From: Candidatus Micrarchaeota archaeon | GTDB lineage: Archaea; Iainarchaeota; Iainarchaeia; JAADDC01 | DNA length: 28,118 bases | Reading direction: 5' to 3' | Assembly: GCA_027046625.1 (NCBI GenBank) | Contig: JALTXX010000014.1 | Location: 1 to 28,118 of the forward strand | Shown: positions 7,618-16,812 of the stretch, one piece after another | How the letters are laid out: the number at the start of each line of letters is the position of its first letter | How positions within the stretch are numbered: the first letter of the stretch is position 1 | The notes under the pieces: model-generated | Database searches by the model: none | The model's input: only the letters and a program-made list of their open reading frames with translations | Told to the model about the DNA's origin: nothing | Position numbers and translations under genes: made by a program

Positions 7618-7691
7618 TGGGGCCGCGGGGATTCGAACCCCGGACACACCGGTCTTCAGCCGGTCGCTCTCCCGGGCTGAGCTACGGCCCC
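7618..7691 (-). tRNA. tRNA-Phe (GAA)
   Basis: Reverse complement GGGGCCGTAGCTCAGCCCGGGAGAGCGACCGGCTGAAGACCGGTGTGTCCGGGGTTCGAATCCCCGCGGCCCCA; anticodon at 7657-7655; TATATAAA about 26 nt upstream. Confidence 0.96.
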
Positions 7692-7718
7692 TCCAACATA
7701 CATGGAAAAGAAAAGTCT

Positions 7719-9623
7719 TTATATACGGAGGGAGTTGAAAGCCACTATTACTGTACTCAATGACATTATAAGGGCTGCTAGAGCAGGAGAAATAACAATA
7801 CCAGGTAATATACCCATAGCAGCAGGAATTGCAACAACATTATAGGATGCTGCCCAGAAAAGATTCTCCCACATCCTTCTTAAAGATTTTCTAGAAATGT
7901 ATATGAGTCTTGGTAGGGCAGAAATAGAGGATATAATTACATGAGCTGTATAAGCAGTTATTTCTGATCCTGTTGCAATTGCCACGCCTACATCAGCCTC
8001 TGCTAGTGCTGGTGCGTCATTAATACCGTCTCCTACCATCATAGTCTTTCCTCTTTTCTTAAACATCCTTACTATCTCCAGCTTTTCATGGGGCTTTACC
8101 TCAGCAAAATGACCATCAACCTTCAAATCCCTTGCATATTGCTCGGTAATCTCCTTCTTATCACCACTTATAATATATACTTCATAGCCCATATCCTTTA
8201 GACGGGCTACAATTTCTTTGGCATCATGGCGTATTACGTCCTTTAACTCTATATTTCCTACAACCTCCCCCTCTACAACTACATATATACCTGTATCGCT
8301 CTCAAGAGACCCAACATACACTTTCTTCCCCTCTACAACACCCTCTATTCCCTTCCCTGGTATAACCTTCACATCTCTGGCCTCGGGTATATCTAATCCT
8401 ATTTCCTCTGCCTTTTTGTAAATAGCTCTTCCTATAATGTGTTCTGAATACCTTTCCACTGCAGCTGCCAGCCTTAAACTCTTCTCATCATAACCTACAA
8501 CAACCGGCTTACCCTCCGTAAGTGTACCTGTCTTATCAAGTAGTATATACTTTACCTTAGGTGTCTCCTCCAAGGCTCTTCTATCCCTTAATACCACTCC
8601 GTCTCTTGCGAGTCTCGAGGTAGATATAGAAACTACCATAGGTATTGCAAGTCCTAACGCATGAGGACAAGAAATTACAAATACAGATATCATGCGCTCG
8701 ATTGCAAAAGTAAGGGATACTGGATACCATAGGATAAAGGAAATGATGCCAGCAGCCAACGAAACATAGAATAGCATACCTGCTGCCCTATCTGCAAGAT
8801 CTTGCACCTTTGTTCGGCTGGATAATGCCTCTTCAATGAGTTTTCTTACATGGTCTAAATAGGTATTACCAGAGGTGGCTTCTACCCTGACCTTGATTAC
8901 ACCATCAATATTCAGCTCTCCTCCTATTACTCTATCCCCTATCCTCCTAGTCTCCGGAATAGACTCACCCGTAACTATAGAAGCATCTACTCGCGTTTCT
9001 CCTTCCACAATAACACCATCCACCGGTATACGTTCTCCAACCTTAACTATCACCACATCCCCCACCCTCAAATTGTGGAGAGGTACATCTACCACCCTAT
9101 TACCCACAACTTTATGAGCGGTTGATGGAAGAAGATGCTGGAGTATGTTTAGCTCCTTCATAGCAGTAGATATGCTTTTTGCCTCTATCCAGTGGCCCAA
9201 CAACATTACAGTCACAAGGGTTGTAAGCTCCCAGAAAAAGTTTCCTCCAAACACTGAATAGATGAATGCAGATGTGATCGCAAAGGCTACCAATGTCATC
9301 ATACCGGGTCTTTTAGCTCTAATCTCCGATAGGGCACCTTCAAAGAAAGGCTTACCTCCGTAGAAGTATACAACAGATGAAAGGAGTGTTACCACTATCC
9401 ATTCAAATGGAATGTCCAGAATGTTTATTGGTCCAGAAAGTATCAGCACTGGTATTGTAAATATCAACGATACAAAGAAACGCTTCTTGAAGTCCTCTTC
9501 ATTGTGGTGGTGAGAGTGGTGAGAGTGATCGTGGTGGTGCTCTTTGTGTGGATGACAGTGTTCACACTCTTCCATATGTGATGTATGTTTCTCTGTATGC
9601 TCACAACAATGGTGGTGTTGCAT
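7719..9623 (-). CDS. copB: Copper-translocating P1B-type ATPase, CopB-like (P1B-3)
   Basis: His-rich N-terminus, TGES, CPHALGLAIP (CPH), DKTGTLT, SEH, GDGINDAPAL, YN and MSLSTVIV in the last helices; GGTGA SD. Confidence 0.93.
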   Translation of the reverse strand: MQHHHCCEHTEKHTSHMEECEHCHPHKEHHHDHSHHSHHHNEEDFKKRFFVSLIFTIPVLILSGPINILDIPFEWIVVTLLSSVVYFYGGKPFFEGALSEIRAKRPGMMTLVAFAITSAFIYSVFGGNFFWELTTLVTVMLLGHWIEAKSISTAMKELNILQHLLPSTAHKVVGNRVVDVPLHNLRVGDVVIVKVGERIPVDGVIVEGETRVDASIVTGESIPETRRIGDRVIGGELNIDGVIKVRVEATSGNTYLDHVRKLIEEALSSRTKVQDLADRAAGMLFYVSLAAGIISFILWYPVSLTFAIERMISVFVISCPHALGLAIPMVVSISTSRLARDGVVLRDRRALEETPKVKYILLDKTGTLTEGKPVVVGYDEKSLRLAAAVERYSEHIIGRAIYKKAEEIGLDIPEARDVKVIPGKGIEGVVEGKKVYVGSLESDTGIYVVVEGEVVGNIELKDVIRHDAKEIVARLKDMGYEVYIISGDKKEITEQYARDLKVDGHFAEVKPHEKLEIVRMFKKRGKTMMVGDGINDAPALAEADVGVAIATGSEITAYTAHVIISSISALPRLIYISRKSLRRMWENLFWAASYNVVAIPAAMGILPGIVISPALAALIMSLSTVIVAFNSLRI

Positions 9624-9632
9624 TCTATCACC

Positions 9633-9785
9633 TTACATAGATCTAGCCAGTTTTATTACACCCAGGAATACCAACAGTACAAGGCCTACCAATAGCAATG
9701 TAAATAGTATAGCATTTATACCAGCAAAACCAAACCCTAGGGTTTCCATACCACAGGCCACTCCATTCACCCCGTCAAACCACAT
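9633..9785 (-). CDS. Small 50-aa membrane protein, first gene of the copB transcript (absent from ORF track)
   Basis: MWFDGVNGVACGMETLGFGFAGINAILFTLLLVGLVLLVFLGVIKLARSM; TTATAAA about 23 nt upstream; stop is directly followed by the copB SD. Confidence 0.75.
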   Translation of the reverse strand: MWFDGVNGVACGMETLGFGFAGINAILFTLLLVGLVLLVFLGVIKLARSM

Positions 9786-9797
9786 GAGAAGATGGGG

Positions 9798-9830
9798 TTT
9801 TCAACCCTTTATAATACTATGTTTCAACCC
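9798..9830 (-). promoter_or_regulatory. copB-operon TATA box flanked by two putative operator repeats
   Basis: TTTCAACCC at 9799-9807 and 9822-9830 on either side of the minus-strand TTATAAA at 9808-9814. Confidence 0.5.
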
Positions 9831-10315
9831 AGTTTCAGTATCACAACATTTGTTATACCTCTTCTTCTACGCTCTATTATACCCTCTGCCTCAAGCCTAT
9901 CCAGCAGTCTACTAACCTTTGACTTAGAAAAGCTTGTTTTCTCTACAAGGTCGCTCTGAAAGGCTATACCTCCCTCCTTTTTTAGTATATCCACAATTTT
10001 TCTTTCGTCCTCGGACAAAGGTACGGTGTCTGCAACATAAATTCTTGTCTGAGGTGCTCTTCTATGGAGATACATCCCTATCAGAGTTAGTATGACACCA
10101 ATTGCCAGGGATAGTAAAAATACTAGGGGTATCTCTGTGTGGGGGCAAAAAGTGCTACACATGTCAGAGGAGCAAATGCTTCCCATCTCATACAATCTAT
10201 ATATAAAGAATGCTACCCCCAAAATCACCACCAATATACCAGACAGTACCAAAACACGTCCGCTTTCCTTGGTAATCTTCACCCTTCTATCTCTATAGAA
10301 TAGTGCTTTAACCAT
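9824..10315 (-). CDS. Membrane-bound transcriptional regulator (2 TM helices + C-terminal wHTH, COG2512-like)
   Basis: Two hydrophobic helices flanking CSSDMCSTFCPH; LSEDERKIVDILKKEGG..FQSDLVEKTSFSKSKVSRLLDRLEAEGIIERRRRGITNVV. Confidence 0.85.
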   Translation of the reverse strand: MVKALFYRDRRVKITKESGRVLVLSGILVVILGVAFFIYRLYEMGSICSSDMCSTFCPHTEIPLVFLLSLAIGVILTLIGMYLHRRAPQTRIYVADTVPLSEDERKIVDILKKEGGIAFQSDLVEKTSFSKSKVSRLLDRLEAEGIIERRRRGITNVVILKLG

Positions 10316-10337
10316 TATCCTATTCCATAATGGATGT

Positions 10338-10410
10338 GCGCCGGTAGTCTAGCCTGGTAGGACGTCGGCCTGCCACGCCGACGACCCGGGTTCGAATCCC
10401 GGCCGGCGCA
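10338..10410 (+). tRNA. tRNA-Gly (GCC)
   Basis: GCGCCGG...CCGGCGC-A acceptor stem; TCGGC-CTGCCAC-GCCGA anticodon arm (GCC at 10372-10374); GGTTCGAATCC. Confidence 0.96.
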
Positions 10411-10442
10411 TACTATTAAATCTATAGATCCCTGTTTTCTAT

Positions 10443-10952
10443 ATGGAAGAAGAGGATATTAGAAAAATTGTGAGGACTTCTACTACATTTAAGGAAGCGA
10501 AATACTTGATCCCGCGGGTATTCTATAATAAAAACTTGGAGTACCTCCAGGATAAGGTAGAAAAGATATTTCTGGAGGAGAAACTAGCTGATGTAGGTGA
10601 CGATACACACATTTCCGAGAGGGTGAACAGGAGAATGGGAGAGAACTTCTATGAGTATGTAAAGAGGGAGATGAGAAATATTCCATTCAGGTTTGTTGTG
10701 GATGATGAGGAGTTTAACAGTTTCATAAGGAGAAAAGCTAAGGACGAGAGAAACTTTAGACGTACCCTACGGAAGGTAGGAGGATTTAGAAGGGTGGGAG
10801 TTCATATGAGAACAAAGGAGGGAGAGGACATTTTTATGGTCATAAGGAAGTCAGCAGAGTCTCGGCCACAGGTTATATCTATCATAAAGGATAGTATAGG
10901 GGTGGCAGATATTGCAAGGTCCCGGTTGAAGAAGATCGTAGAGAGGTTTTAA
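10443..10952 (+). CDS. Hypothetical protein
   Basis: 169-aa charged ORF; TATTAAA box upstream; no recognised motif. Confidence 0.7.
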   Translation: MEEEDIRKIVRTSTTFKEAKYLIPRVFYNKNLEYLQDKVEKIFLEEKLADVGDDTHISERVNRRMGENFYEYVKREMRNIPFRFVVDDEEFNSFIRRKAKDERNFRRTLRKVGGFRRVGVHMRTKEGEDIFMVIRKSAESRPQVISIIKDSIGVADIARSRLKKIVERF

Positions 10953-10984
10953 AATGTTCTCTTCCTTTCTCAATGGGGATAGAG

Positions 10985-11413
10985 ATGGCCACAGCATACG
11001 ACGTGCAGGGGGAAAAACTGGTGGAAGCCCTTGCAAAGGAACTTGAAGGTATAATAGAGATGCCAGATTGGGCAAGGTTTGTAAAAACTGGTGCACACAA
11101 GGAGAGGCTACCACAGCAGGACAACTGGTGGTACCTTAGGGCGGCATCCATCATGAGGAGGCTGTACCTTGATGGCCCTGTGGGTGTGGCAAGGCTGAGA
11201 ACCTACTACGGAGGAAGAAAGAATAGAGGTGTAAAACCAGAAAAGAGAAAGGATGCTGGAGGAAAGATAATAAGGACTATTCTTCAGCAGCTGGAGGAAA
11301 AAGGTCTTGTGAAGAAGGACAAGAGGGGCAGATCCCTCACGCCCAAAGGTGTTTCTCTTGTAGATAGGGTGGCCACCAAACTATCAATGGGGGATAAGAA
11401 GGATGGAAAATGA
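10985..11413 (+). CDS. rps19e: 30S ribosomal protein S19e
   Basis: [52 protein letters not shown]; start placed at MATAYDV. Confidence 0.97.
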   Translation: MATAYDVQGEKLVEALAKELEGIIEMPDWARFVKTGAHKERLPQQDNWWYLRAASIMRRLYLDGPVGVARLRTYYGGRKNRGVKPEKRKDAGGKIIRTILQQLEEKGLVKKDKRGRSLTPKGVSLVDRVATKLSMGDKKDGK

Positions 11414-11660
11414 AGAAGAAAGAAGATACGCCCTACTCCAATTGAAGGCCATGCTCAGAAGGGCTACTACAAAGGAAGCCTTTGAAAGGCTGGAAAGAGT
11501 TAAATATGCAAACCCTGAGCTGTATTCCAAGGCTGTACAGGCGGTGTTGTATGCCTACCAAACGGGTAACAGGGTGGTGGATGAGAACATGCTCATTAAG
11601 ATACTTGACAATCTGAGGGGTAAAAAGAAGGAGACGCGCATAAAGATATTGAGAAAATAG
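11403..11660 (+). CDS. PDCD5-like double-stranded DNA-binding protein
   Basis: [18 protein letters not shown]...[10 protein letters not shown]-type pattern and RIKILRK end; conserved position after rps19e. Confidence 0.85.
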   Translation: MENEEERRYALLQLKAMLRRATTKEAFERLERVKYANPELYSKAVQAVLYAYQTGNRVVDENMLIKILDNLRGKKKETRIKILRK

Positions 11661-11669
11661 GGTGATAGT

Positions 11670-11846
11670 ATGGCAAAGCACAAAGACCCCCTGATGAAAA
11701 AGCTCCTCTGGTCCCTTAGAAAGAAGCGTCTAAGGGCTCCGGTATGGACGTATCTCAAGGCCAGAAAGCGTATCCTCCCAAGGTTTGGAAAGGTTAGCTG
11801 GAGACAAACAGATCTTGGTAGAAGGGCTAGGAGGTTGATAGAGTGA
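11670..11846 (+). CDS. rpl39e: 50S ribosomal protein L39e (absent from ORF track)
   Basis: MAKHKDPLMKKLLWSLRKKRLRAPVWTYLKARKRILPRFGKVSWRQTDLGRRARRLIE; GGTGA SD; canonical position before rpl31e. Confidence 0.88.
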   Translation: MAKHKDPLMKKLLWSLRKKRLRAPVWTYLKARKRILPRFGKVSWRQTDLGRRARRLIE

Positions 11847-12094
11847 AAATACCCATAAAGTATGGATGGAAGGGTGGCAGAAGAGCCAAACAAGAAACCT
11901 ATATCAAATTCCTCAAACATTTTATTCAAAAAAAGGCAAAGGTAAAGGATGTGAAGATAGATGAAAAGCTAAATGTTCTTATATGGAGAGAGAAACCCAG
12001 AGTTATAGAGGTTAATATAGAGGTAAAGGATGAAACAGCATTCGTAAGACTGCCGGAGATGAAGGAGGATGCTGCGACTGGTAAAAACACCTAA
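11843..12094 (+). CDS. rpl31e: 50S ribosomal protein L31e
   Basis: VKIDEKLNVLIW..KPRVIEV; GTGA overlap with rpl39e; synteny. Confidence 0.88.
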   Translation: MKIPIKYGWKGGRRAKQETYIKFLKHFIQKKAKVKDVKIDEKLNVLIWREKPRVIEVNIEVKDETAFVRLPEMKEDAATGKNT

Positions 12095-12713
12095 TATAGG
12101 TATTTTTGTAATGTCTACCGATGAGGTTGCGCTTGTACCAGACACGCTAAAGGATCGAGATATAAAACATGTACAGGAGGTACTAGATGTCAACGTTATC
12201 CAGACAAGGATTGGGGGTAGCTCCTTAGTGGGAGTGTTCACTGTAGGGGTGGGGAAAAAGATAGTAGTACCATGGATCATAAAAGAGGAGGAGGTAAGAG
12301 CTTTAGAGAAAGAAGGACTGGAAGTACTTATATTGAAGGATAGGGTAACAGCCTTAGGAAATCTTATAGCATTAAATTCCAAGGGTGGAATAGTTTCCCG
12401 CTCCGTATCTGAAAGGGCAAAGAAGATTTTAGAGGAGTTCTTGAACATCCCTCTTCTCCATACAAACCTTTCAGATATAGAAGTGGTGGGAGCATCCATT
12501 GTAGCTACTGATAAGGGATTCATTGCCCATCCTTCTTTAGAGAAGGAAGAAAATAACATAGAAAAAGCGTTAAAGGTTAGAGGTACCTTTATAACAGTAA
12601 ACAAAGGGGATCCCTTTGTGAGAAATGGTATAGTAGCCAATAGAAAGGGAGCCCTTGTAGGAGGGGAGACTACTCCTGTAGAGCTCATGAAGATTGAGGA
12701 TGTGCTGGGGTGA
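12069..12713 (+). CDS. eif6: Translation initiation/anti-association factor aIF-6
   Basis: PNIGIF, TALGNLIALN, TVNKGDPFVRNGIVANRKGALVGGETTPVELMKIEDVL. Confidence 0.95.
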   Translation: MLRLVKTPNIGIFVMSTDEVALVPDTLKDRDIKHVQEVLDVNVIQTRIGGSSLVGVFTVGVGKKIVVPWIIKEEEVRALEKEGLEVLILKDRVTALGNLIALNSKGGIVSRSVSERAKKILEEFLNIPLLHTNLSDIEVVGASIVATDKGFIAHPSLEKEENNIEKALKVRGTFITVNKGDPFVRNGIVANRKGALVGGETTPVELMKIEDVLG

Positions 12714-12717
12714 TAGC

Positions 12718-12894
12718 ATGATGTTCAGAATAAAGGGGTATTTCAGAAAAGGTGGAAAAGTTGTTAGGTTTACTAAAACAGTAGAAGCTGATAGCGAAAA
12801 ACTTGCAAGGGAGAAACTACTCTCCCTTATAGGGTCAAATCATAAAGTGAAAAGAGCCTCCATCTATATAGAGGGGGTAGAAAAGGTTGAATAA
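12718..12894 (+). CDS. rpl18a: 50S ribosomal protein L18a/LX
   Basis: FTKTVEA.SEKLAREKLLSLIGSNHKVKRASIYIE; GGTGA SD supports start at 12718/12721. Confidence 0.93.
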   Translation: MMFRIKGYFRKGGKVVRFTKTVEADSEKLAREKLLSLIGSNHKVKRASIYIEGVEKVE

Positions 12895-13207
12895 GGATAT
12901 AATACAGAGAAGACAGATAGAACTCAGAAGACTCAGACAGGAGATAAGGAAGGGTTTGGAAGTAATAAGGGCTCTCAAGGAGGGGTCAGAGATTATAGTA
13001 TCCCTCGGAGGAGGCATATATGCAAAAGTAAAGAATGTTGAAGGATTGCTGGTAGATAGTGGCGTAGGTGTGTTATTTGAAAGAGACGTTAATAGTGTGG
13101 AGCGTAGATTGCAGGACTCTCTAAAAAGGTTGGAAGAAGAGTTAGAGACGCTACAGAGGGAAGGGAATAAAGATGAAGCTGATAGGGAAGATTCTGGAGA
13201 AGCTTAG
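12887..13207 (+). CDS. pfdA: Prefoldin alpha subunit (short)
   Basis: EIIVSLGGGIYAKVK...LLVDSGVGVLFER between coiled coils; synteny. Confidence 0.85.
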   Translation: MNKDIIQRRQIELRRLRQEIRKGLEVIRALKEGSEIIVSLGGGIYAKVKNVEGLLVDSGVGVLFERDVNSVERRLQDSLKRLEEELETLQREGNKDEADREDSGEA

Positions 13208-13919
13208 AGGAAAAAAGAGTATTGAAGAGCTAGAGATGGACCTCCTGGAGGCTCACGTACACCCAGACGTAATAGACCTTCTCAAGAAAGCAGAGGATCC
13301 CATTTCGTTCATTAAGGAAAGGCTAAGAGCAGCTCCTCTAGAAGGAAGGATAATTATGCTTGTAGGGATTAATGGGAGTGGAAAGACTACTACGGCTGTG
13401 AAGTTAGCACACTACTTTATAAATAAAGGATATCGCACTGCAATAGCAGCCTCTGACACCTTTAGAGCCGGAAGCATTGAACAGCTCGAAGAATGGAACA
13501 AAAGGGTTCCTTTTATCCTTTTTAAAAAGGGGTACGGGGCTGATCCCGCATCCGTGGCCTATGAAGCCGTACACTCTGATGCAGAGAAGATTATCATAGA
13601 CACTGCAGGTAGACAGGACACAAGAAAGGATCTTATAGAGGAGTTGAAAAAGATAAAACGCGTTTCCGGGGCTGACAAAACCATAATGGTGGTGGATGCA
13701 ACACAGGGTGTTTCTGTACTTGAACAGGTAAAACAGTTCCAGGAACACGTACCTATTGATGGATTTATAGTGGCAAAGTACGATATAGATAGCAAGGGCG
13801 GGGTTCCTCTAACTGTGGGAGTATACACAGGTTTACCCATCTTTTTTGTGGGCATAGGACAAAATCCTGATGGATTAGAACCGTTTGATCCAGATAAGTA
13901 TGTGAAAGAGTTGATATAA
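13173..13919 (+). CDS. ftsY: SRP receptor GTPase FtsY (compact)
   Basis: GINGSGKTTT, DTFRAGSIEQL, YGADPASVAY, DTAGR, KGG, GIGQ. Confidence 0.96.
   Translation: MKLIGKILEKLRGKKSIEELEMDLLEAHVHPDVIDLLKKAEDPISFIKERLRAAPLEGRIIMLVGINGSGKTTTAVKLAHYFINKGYRTAIAASDTFRAGSIEQLEEWNKRVPFILFKKGYGADPASVAYEAVHSDAEKIIIDTAGRQDTRKDLIEELKKIKRVSGADKTIMVVDATQGVSVLEQVKQFQEHVPIDGFIVAKYDIDSKGGVPLTVGVYTGLPIFFVGIGQNPDGLEPFDPDKYVKELI
13353..13408 (+). repeat. 56-bp tract identical between ftsY and srp54 (copy 1)
   Basis: ATTATGCTTGTAGGGATTAATGGGAGTGGAAAGACTACTACGGCTGTGAAGTTAGC, identical to 14211-14266. Confidence 0.95.
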
Positions 13920-13940
13920 ATACTTCCTCTCTTCATAGGT

Positions 13941-15128
13941 GTGATGTTAGAGAGGTTAAGGAATGTTTTTTCCCTGCTTGGAAGAAAGGGCGTGGAGGAT
14001 GCCATAAAGGAGCTTCAAAGAGCGCTTATACTGGCAGACGTAGATATAAAAATGGTAAAAGAGCTCACAGACAGTTTAAGAAAAGATATTCAGGAAGAGC
14101 TAAAGAAACATCCTGGTATCCCTCCCACAGAAATAGCCAAATACGCCATATATAATCACATTATAAATCTGTTGGATGTGGGAAGACCTCTCAAAATATC
14201 ACCCCAGACTATTATGCTTGTAGGGATTAATGGGAGTGGAAAGACTACTACGGCTGTGAAGTTAGCTTTCTGGTTCAAGAACAGAGGTATAAAGAGTTAT
14301 GTAATGAGCCTAGATACAGAGAGACCGGCCGCGAAAGAACAGCTAAAACAGTTGGCAGAGAAAGGAGGTATAGAGTATACAGAAGAGGTGAGAAATGATG
14401 GGGTAACCATTATTGATACCCCGGGTAGAACAGCTGCTGATGAAAAACTTCTTGAGGAACTAAGACATCTAAAGATGGACATTATGCCAGATAGAACATT
14501 TCTGGTAATACCTGCAGACATGGGAAGACTAGCCGGAGAGGAAGCAAGAAAGTTCCAAGACAGCATAGGCATAGACGGCATCATAATTACTAAGATGGAT
14601 GGAAGTGCAAAGGGAGGAGGTGCCTTGGTGGCCAGCAAAGAAGCTAATATACCTGTATATTTTATAGGAACGGGGGAGAAACTCCAAGACTTTGAACCGT
14701 TCGATGTTGAAAAATACGTAAAAAGGTTACTAGGTGTGCCAGACATAAAAACCATTCAGGAGATGGTTCCTCAGGAAACAAAGATACCGGAGCGTTTCGA
14801 TATAAACACATTCCACGAACAACTCATGCAAATGAGGGGTGCTGGTCCTCTAAACAAAATCCTTTCTGCACTGGGAATGAATGTACCTGTGGATGTACTG
14901 GAGGGAATGGAGGAGAAGATGAAAAGATACGATGCTATATACAAATCTATGACAAAGGAGGAGAGGGCAAATCCAGACATAATAAATGAAAGTAGGATTC
15001 GTAGAATTGCGAGAGGTTCTGGAACCTCTGAGGCAGATGTTAGACAGTTCTTAAGAGATTACAAGAGGGCTGAAAAGTTGTTTAAACGTCTAAAGAAGGG
15101 AAAAATAAGGGGGTTACCCAGGTTATGA
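13941..15128 (+). CDS. srp54: Signal recognition particle protein SRP54
   Basis: ELQRALILADV, RPAAKEQL, DTPGR, TKMDGSAKGGGAL, M-domain SMTKEER.NP.IINESRIRRIARGSG. Confidence 0.97.
   Translation: MMLERLRNVFSLLGRKGVEDAIKELQRALILADVDIKMVKELTDSLRKDIQEELKKHPGIPPTEIAKYAIYNHIINLLDVGRPLKISPQTIMLVGINGSGKTTTAVKLAFWFKNRGIKSYVMSLDTERPAAKEQLKQLAEKGGIEYTEEVRNDGVTIIDTPGRTAADEKLLEELRHLKMDIMPDRTFLVIPADMGRLAGEEARKFQDSIGIDGIIITKMDGSAKGGGALVASKEANIPVYFIGTGEKLQDFEPFDVEKYVKRLLGVPDIKTIQEMVPQETKIPERFDINTFHEQLMQMRGAGPLNKILSALGMNVPVDVLEGMEEKMKRYDAIYKSMTKEERANPDIINESRIRRIARGSGTSEADVRQFLRDYKRAEKLFKRLKKGKIRGLPRL
14211..14266 (+). repeat. 56-bp tract identical between ftsY and srp54 (copy 2)
   Basis: Identical to 13353-13408. 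Confidence 0.95.
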
Positions 15129-15643
15129 GAGTATTTCATCTCCTCACAAAGGCAGATATTCAACCCTTCCCCAAGAGCATAACAGAGGGGAGAATGGATG
15201 AGGTAGCGAGATTTATACATAATGCCCTCTTCCTCTCCCATTCCCTTAGAAGGGATGTTATAGCAAGGGTTACCTTCGTAGGTAAGGAAACATATACCCT
15301 TGAGATGAATTCTGCAAAAATAAAGGGGCTTCACCCGGATGAAGGCAGCATATTTGGGTACATAAGAAAGTGTTTTTCTCTTTTTTATGAGAACAAACCA
15401 TTACCTTCTGGTGTTAACATAAAAAATGGTTTTTACGGAGATATAGGCATTATACTGCACGAGGAAGGAGACAAAAGAGTACCCAATAAGTGTTACTTTT
15501 ACATAGGTGGACCTAATGGATACCCCTTTCTCCCCAAAGGAGAGATGATATCCTTAGGAGATGTAATATACACAGCCTCTCAGACAGTTACGATAGTCCA
15601 GTACCTGCTGGATGTGGGAATATGGAGAGGGAAAAACTGCTGA
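15125..15643 (+). CDS. trmY: tRNA (pseudouridine-54-N1)-methyltransferase, SPOUT family
   Basis: GRMDEVARFIHNALFLSHSLRRDV, LHPDEGS, ISLG; adjacent to pus10. Confidence 0.88.
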   Translation: MRVFHLLTKADIQPFPKSITEGRMDEVARFIHNALFLSHSLRRDVIARVTFVGKETYTLEMNSAKIKGLHPDEGSIFGYIRKCFSLFYENKPLPSGVNIKNGFYGDIGIILHEEGDKRVPNKCYFYIGGPNGYPFLPKGEMISLGDVIYTASQTVTIVQYLLDVGIWRGKNC

Positions 15644-16812
15644 AAGAGGTAGCCAAAAGGTATCCCATTTGTCCACACTGTGTGGGTAGACTATTTCCCA
15701 ATGAGGATGGAGAGACTGTATATGAGAGGGGTAAAAGGGTAATGGAAAGAGTGGGTATAAAGGAGCATAAAGAGTGCTACTTCTGCAGGGGGATATTTTA
15801 TAGGCTGGAGGAGATTGCAAAGAATGTTCCTGTGTACAACTATGAATTTCACACCTTCATAGTGGGTACCACTCTTGACAACGAGCTATCCGAAAGAGAG
15901 GAGATGCTATTGAACAGTGTGGGAGTTATTGAAGGTGTGGAGAGCATAAAGAAACACATTAACAGAGAGTTGGGCAAGGTGGTCTCTCGCATGTATGGTA
16001 AACAGTATAGCCCAGACCAGCCCCATGTAGAGATACACTTCCACACAGAGGATGAAAGTATCTCTATCCATCCCAGACCTGTGTACCTTTATGGGAGGTA
16101 TAGAAAGTTCCACCCTATGCCTCAAAGTAAATGGCCGTGCAGGTATTGTAAGGGGAAAGGATGTAAACACTGCGATTATACAGGAAGACAGTGGAAGGAG
16201 ACGGTAGAATACTATATGGCAGACATACTACTAGGGTTGTTTATGGGGAGAGATACAAAACTTCATGCCGCCGGAAGAGAGGATATTGATGCGAAAATGC
16301 TGGGAGGAGGCAGACCCTTTGTTATAGAAATCATAGAACCTAGGAAACGGTTTGTACCATTGGATTTTGTTCTAAGGGAGATAAATAGCCACGGGGAGGG
16401 TAAAATAGAGGTGCTATGCCTATTCCCCTCCTCCAAAAGGGAGGTAAGAGAGCTTAAAGAATCAGGATATAGAAAGGTTTACAGAGTACGCATCAGGTGT
16501 AAATCCTTGGAAAATATAGAGAATGCCTCTAAGTTAAGAGGGATTATCACACAACAAACTCCCACAAGAGTGTCACACAGAAGAGCTGACAAGGTCAGAA
16601 AGAGGAGGGTTTATAGCATTTCCTGGTATGTAGAGGATGATCACAGAGCAGTACTCACTATAGAGGCAGAGGAAGGGCTATACATAAAGGAGCTCATTAC
16701 AGGAGATGACGGAAGAACGTCACCCTCCCTCTCTGAGTTGATTGGGAGCCCTTGTATAGTGGAAGGGTTAGATATTATGGAAGTAAAGGGTGGTAGACCT
16801 TGTGGCAAATAA
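15622..16812 (+). CDS. pus10: tRNA pseudouridine 54/55 synthase Pus10
   Basis: N-terminal CxxC pairs, GRYRK, HAAGREDIDAKMLGGGRPF, QQTPTRVSHRRAD, GLYIKELITGDDGRTSPS. Confidence 0.96.
   Translation: MEREKLLKEVAKRYPICPHCVGRLFPNEDGETVYERGKRVMERVGIKEHKECYFCRGIFYRLEEIAKNVPVYNYEFHTFIVGTTLDNELSEREEMLLNSVGVIEGVESIKKHINRELGKVVSRMYGKQYSPDQPHVEIHFHTEDESISIHPRPVYLYGRYRKFHPMPQSKWPCRYCKGKGCKHCDYTGRQWKETVEYYMADILLGLFMGRDTKLHAAGREDIDAKMLGGGRPFVIEIIEPRKRFVPLDFVLREINSHGEGKIEVLCLFPSSKREVRELKESGYRKVYRVRIRCKSLENIENASKLRGIITQQTPTRVSHRRADKVRKRRVYSISWYVEDDHRAVLTIEAEEGLYIKELITGDDGRTSPSLSELIGSPCIVEGLDIMEVKGGRPCGK

Noticed and set aside
9500-9620. GTG/GTGGTG-rich low-complexity tract
   Set aside because: Simply encodes the His-rich N-terminus of CopB.
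9798-9839. GTTTCAAC / GTTGAAAC motifs resembling CRISPR repeat ends
   Set aside because: Only 9-bp matches 23 bp apart, no ~30-bp repeats with spacers and no cas genes; better explained as operator-like sites.
7618-10410. copB region between tRNA-Phe and tRNA-Gly as a second integrated island
   Set aside because: No duplicated tRNA end, integrase or transposase seen, and both tRNAs point outward with their 5' ends facing the region.
11969-12688. 239-aa minus-strand ORF and similar antisense ORFs over ftsY, srp54, secD and secF
   Set aside because: Shadows of well-supported conserved genes on the opposite strand or in another frame.
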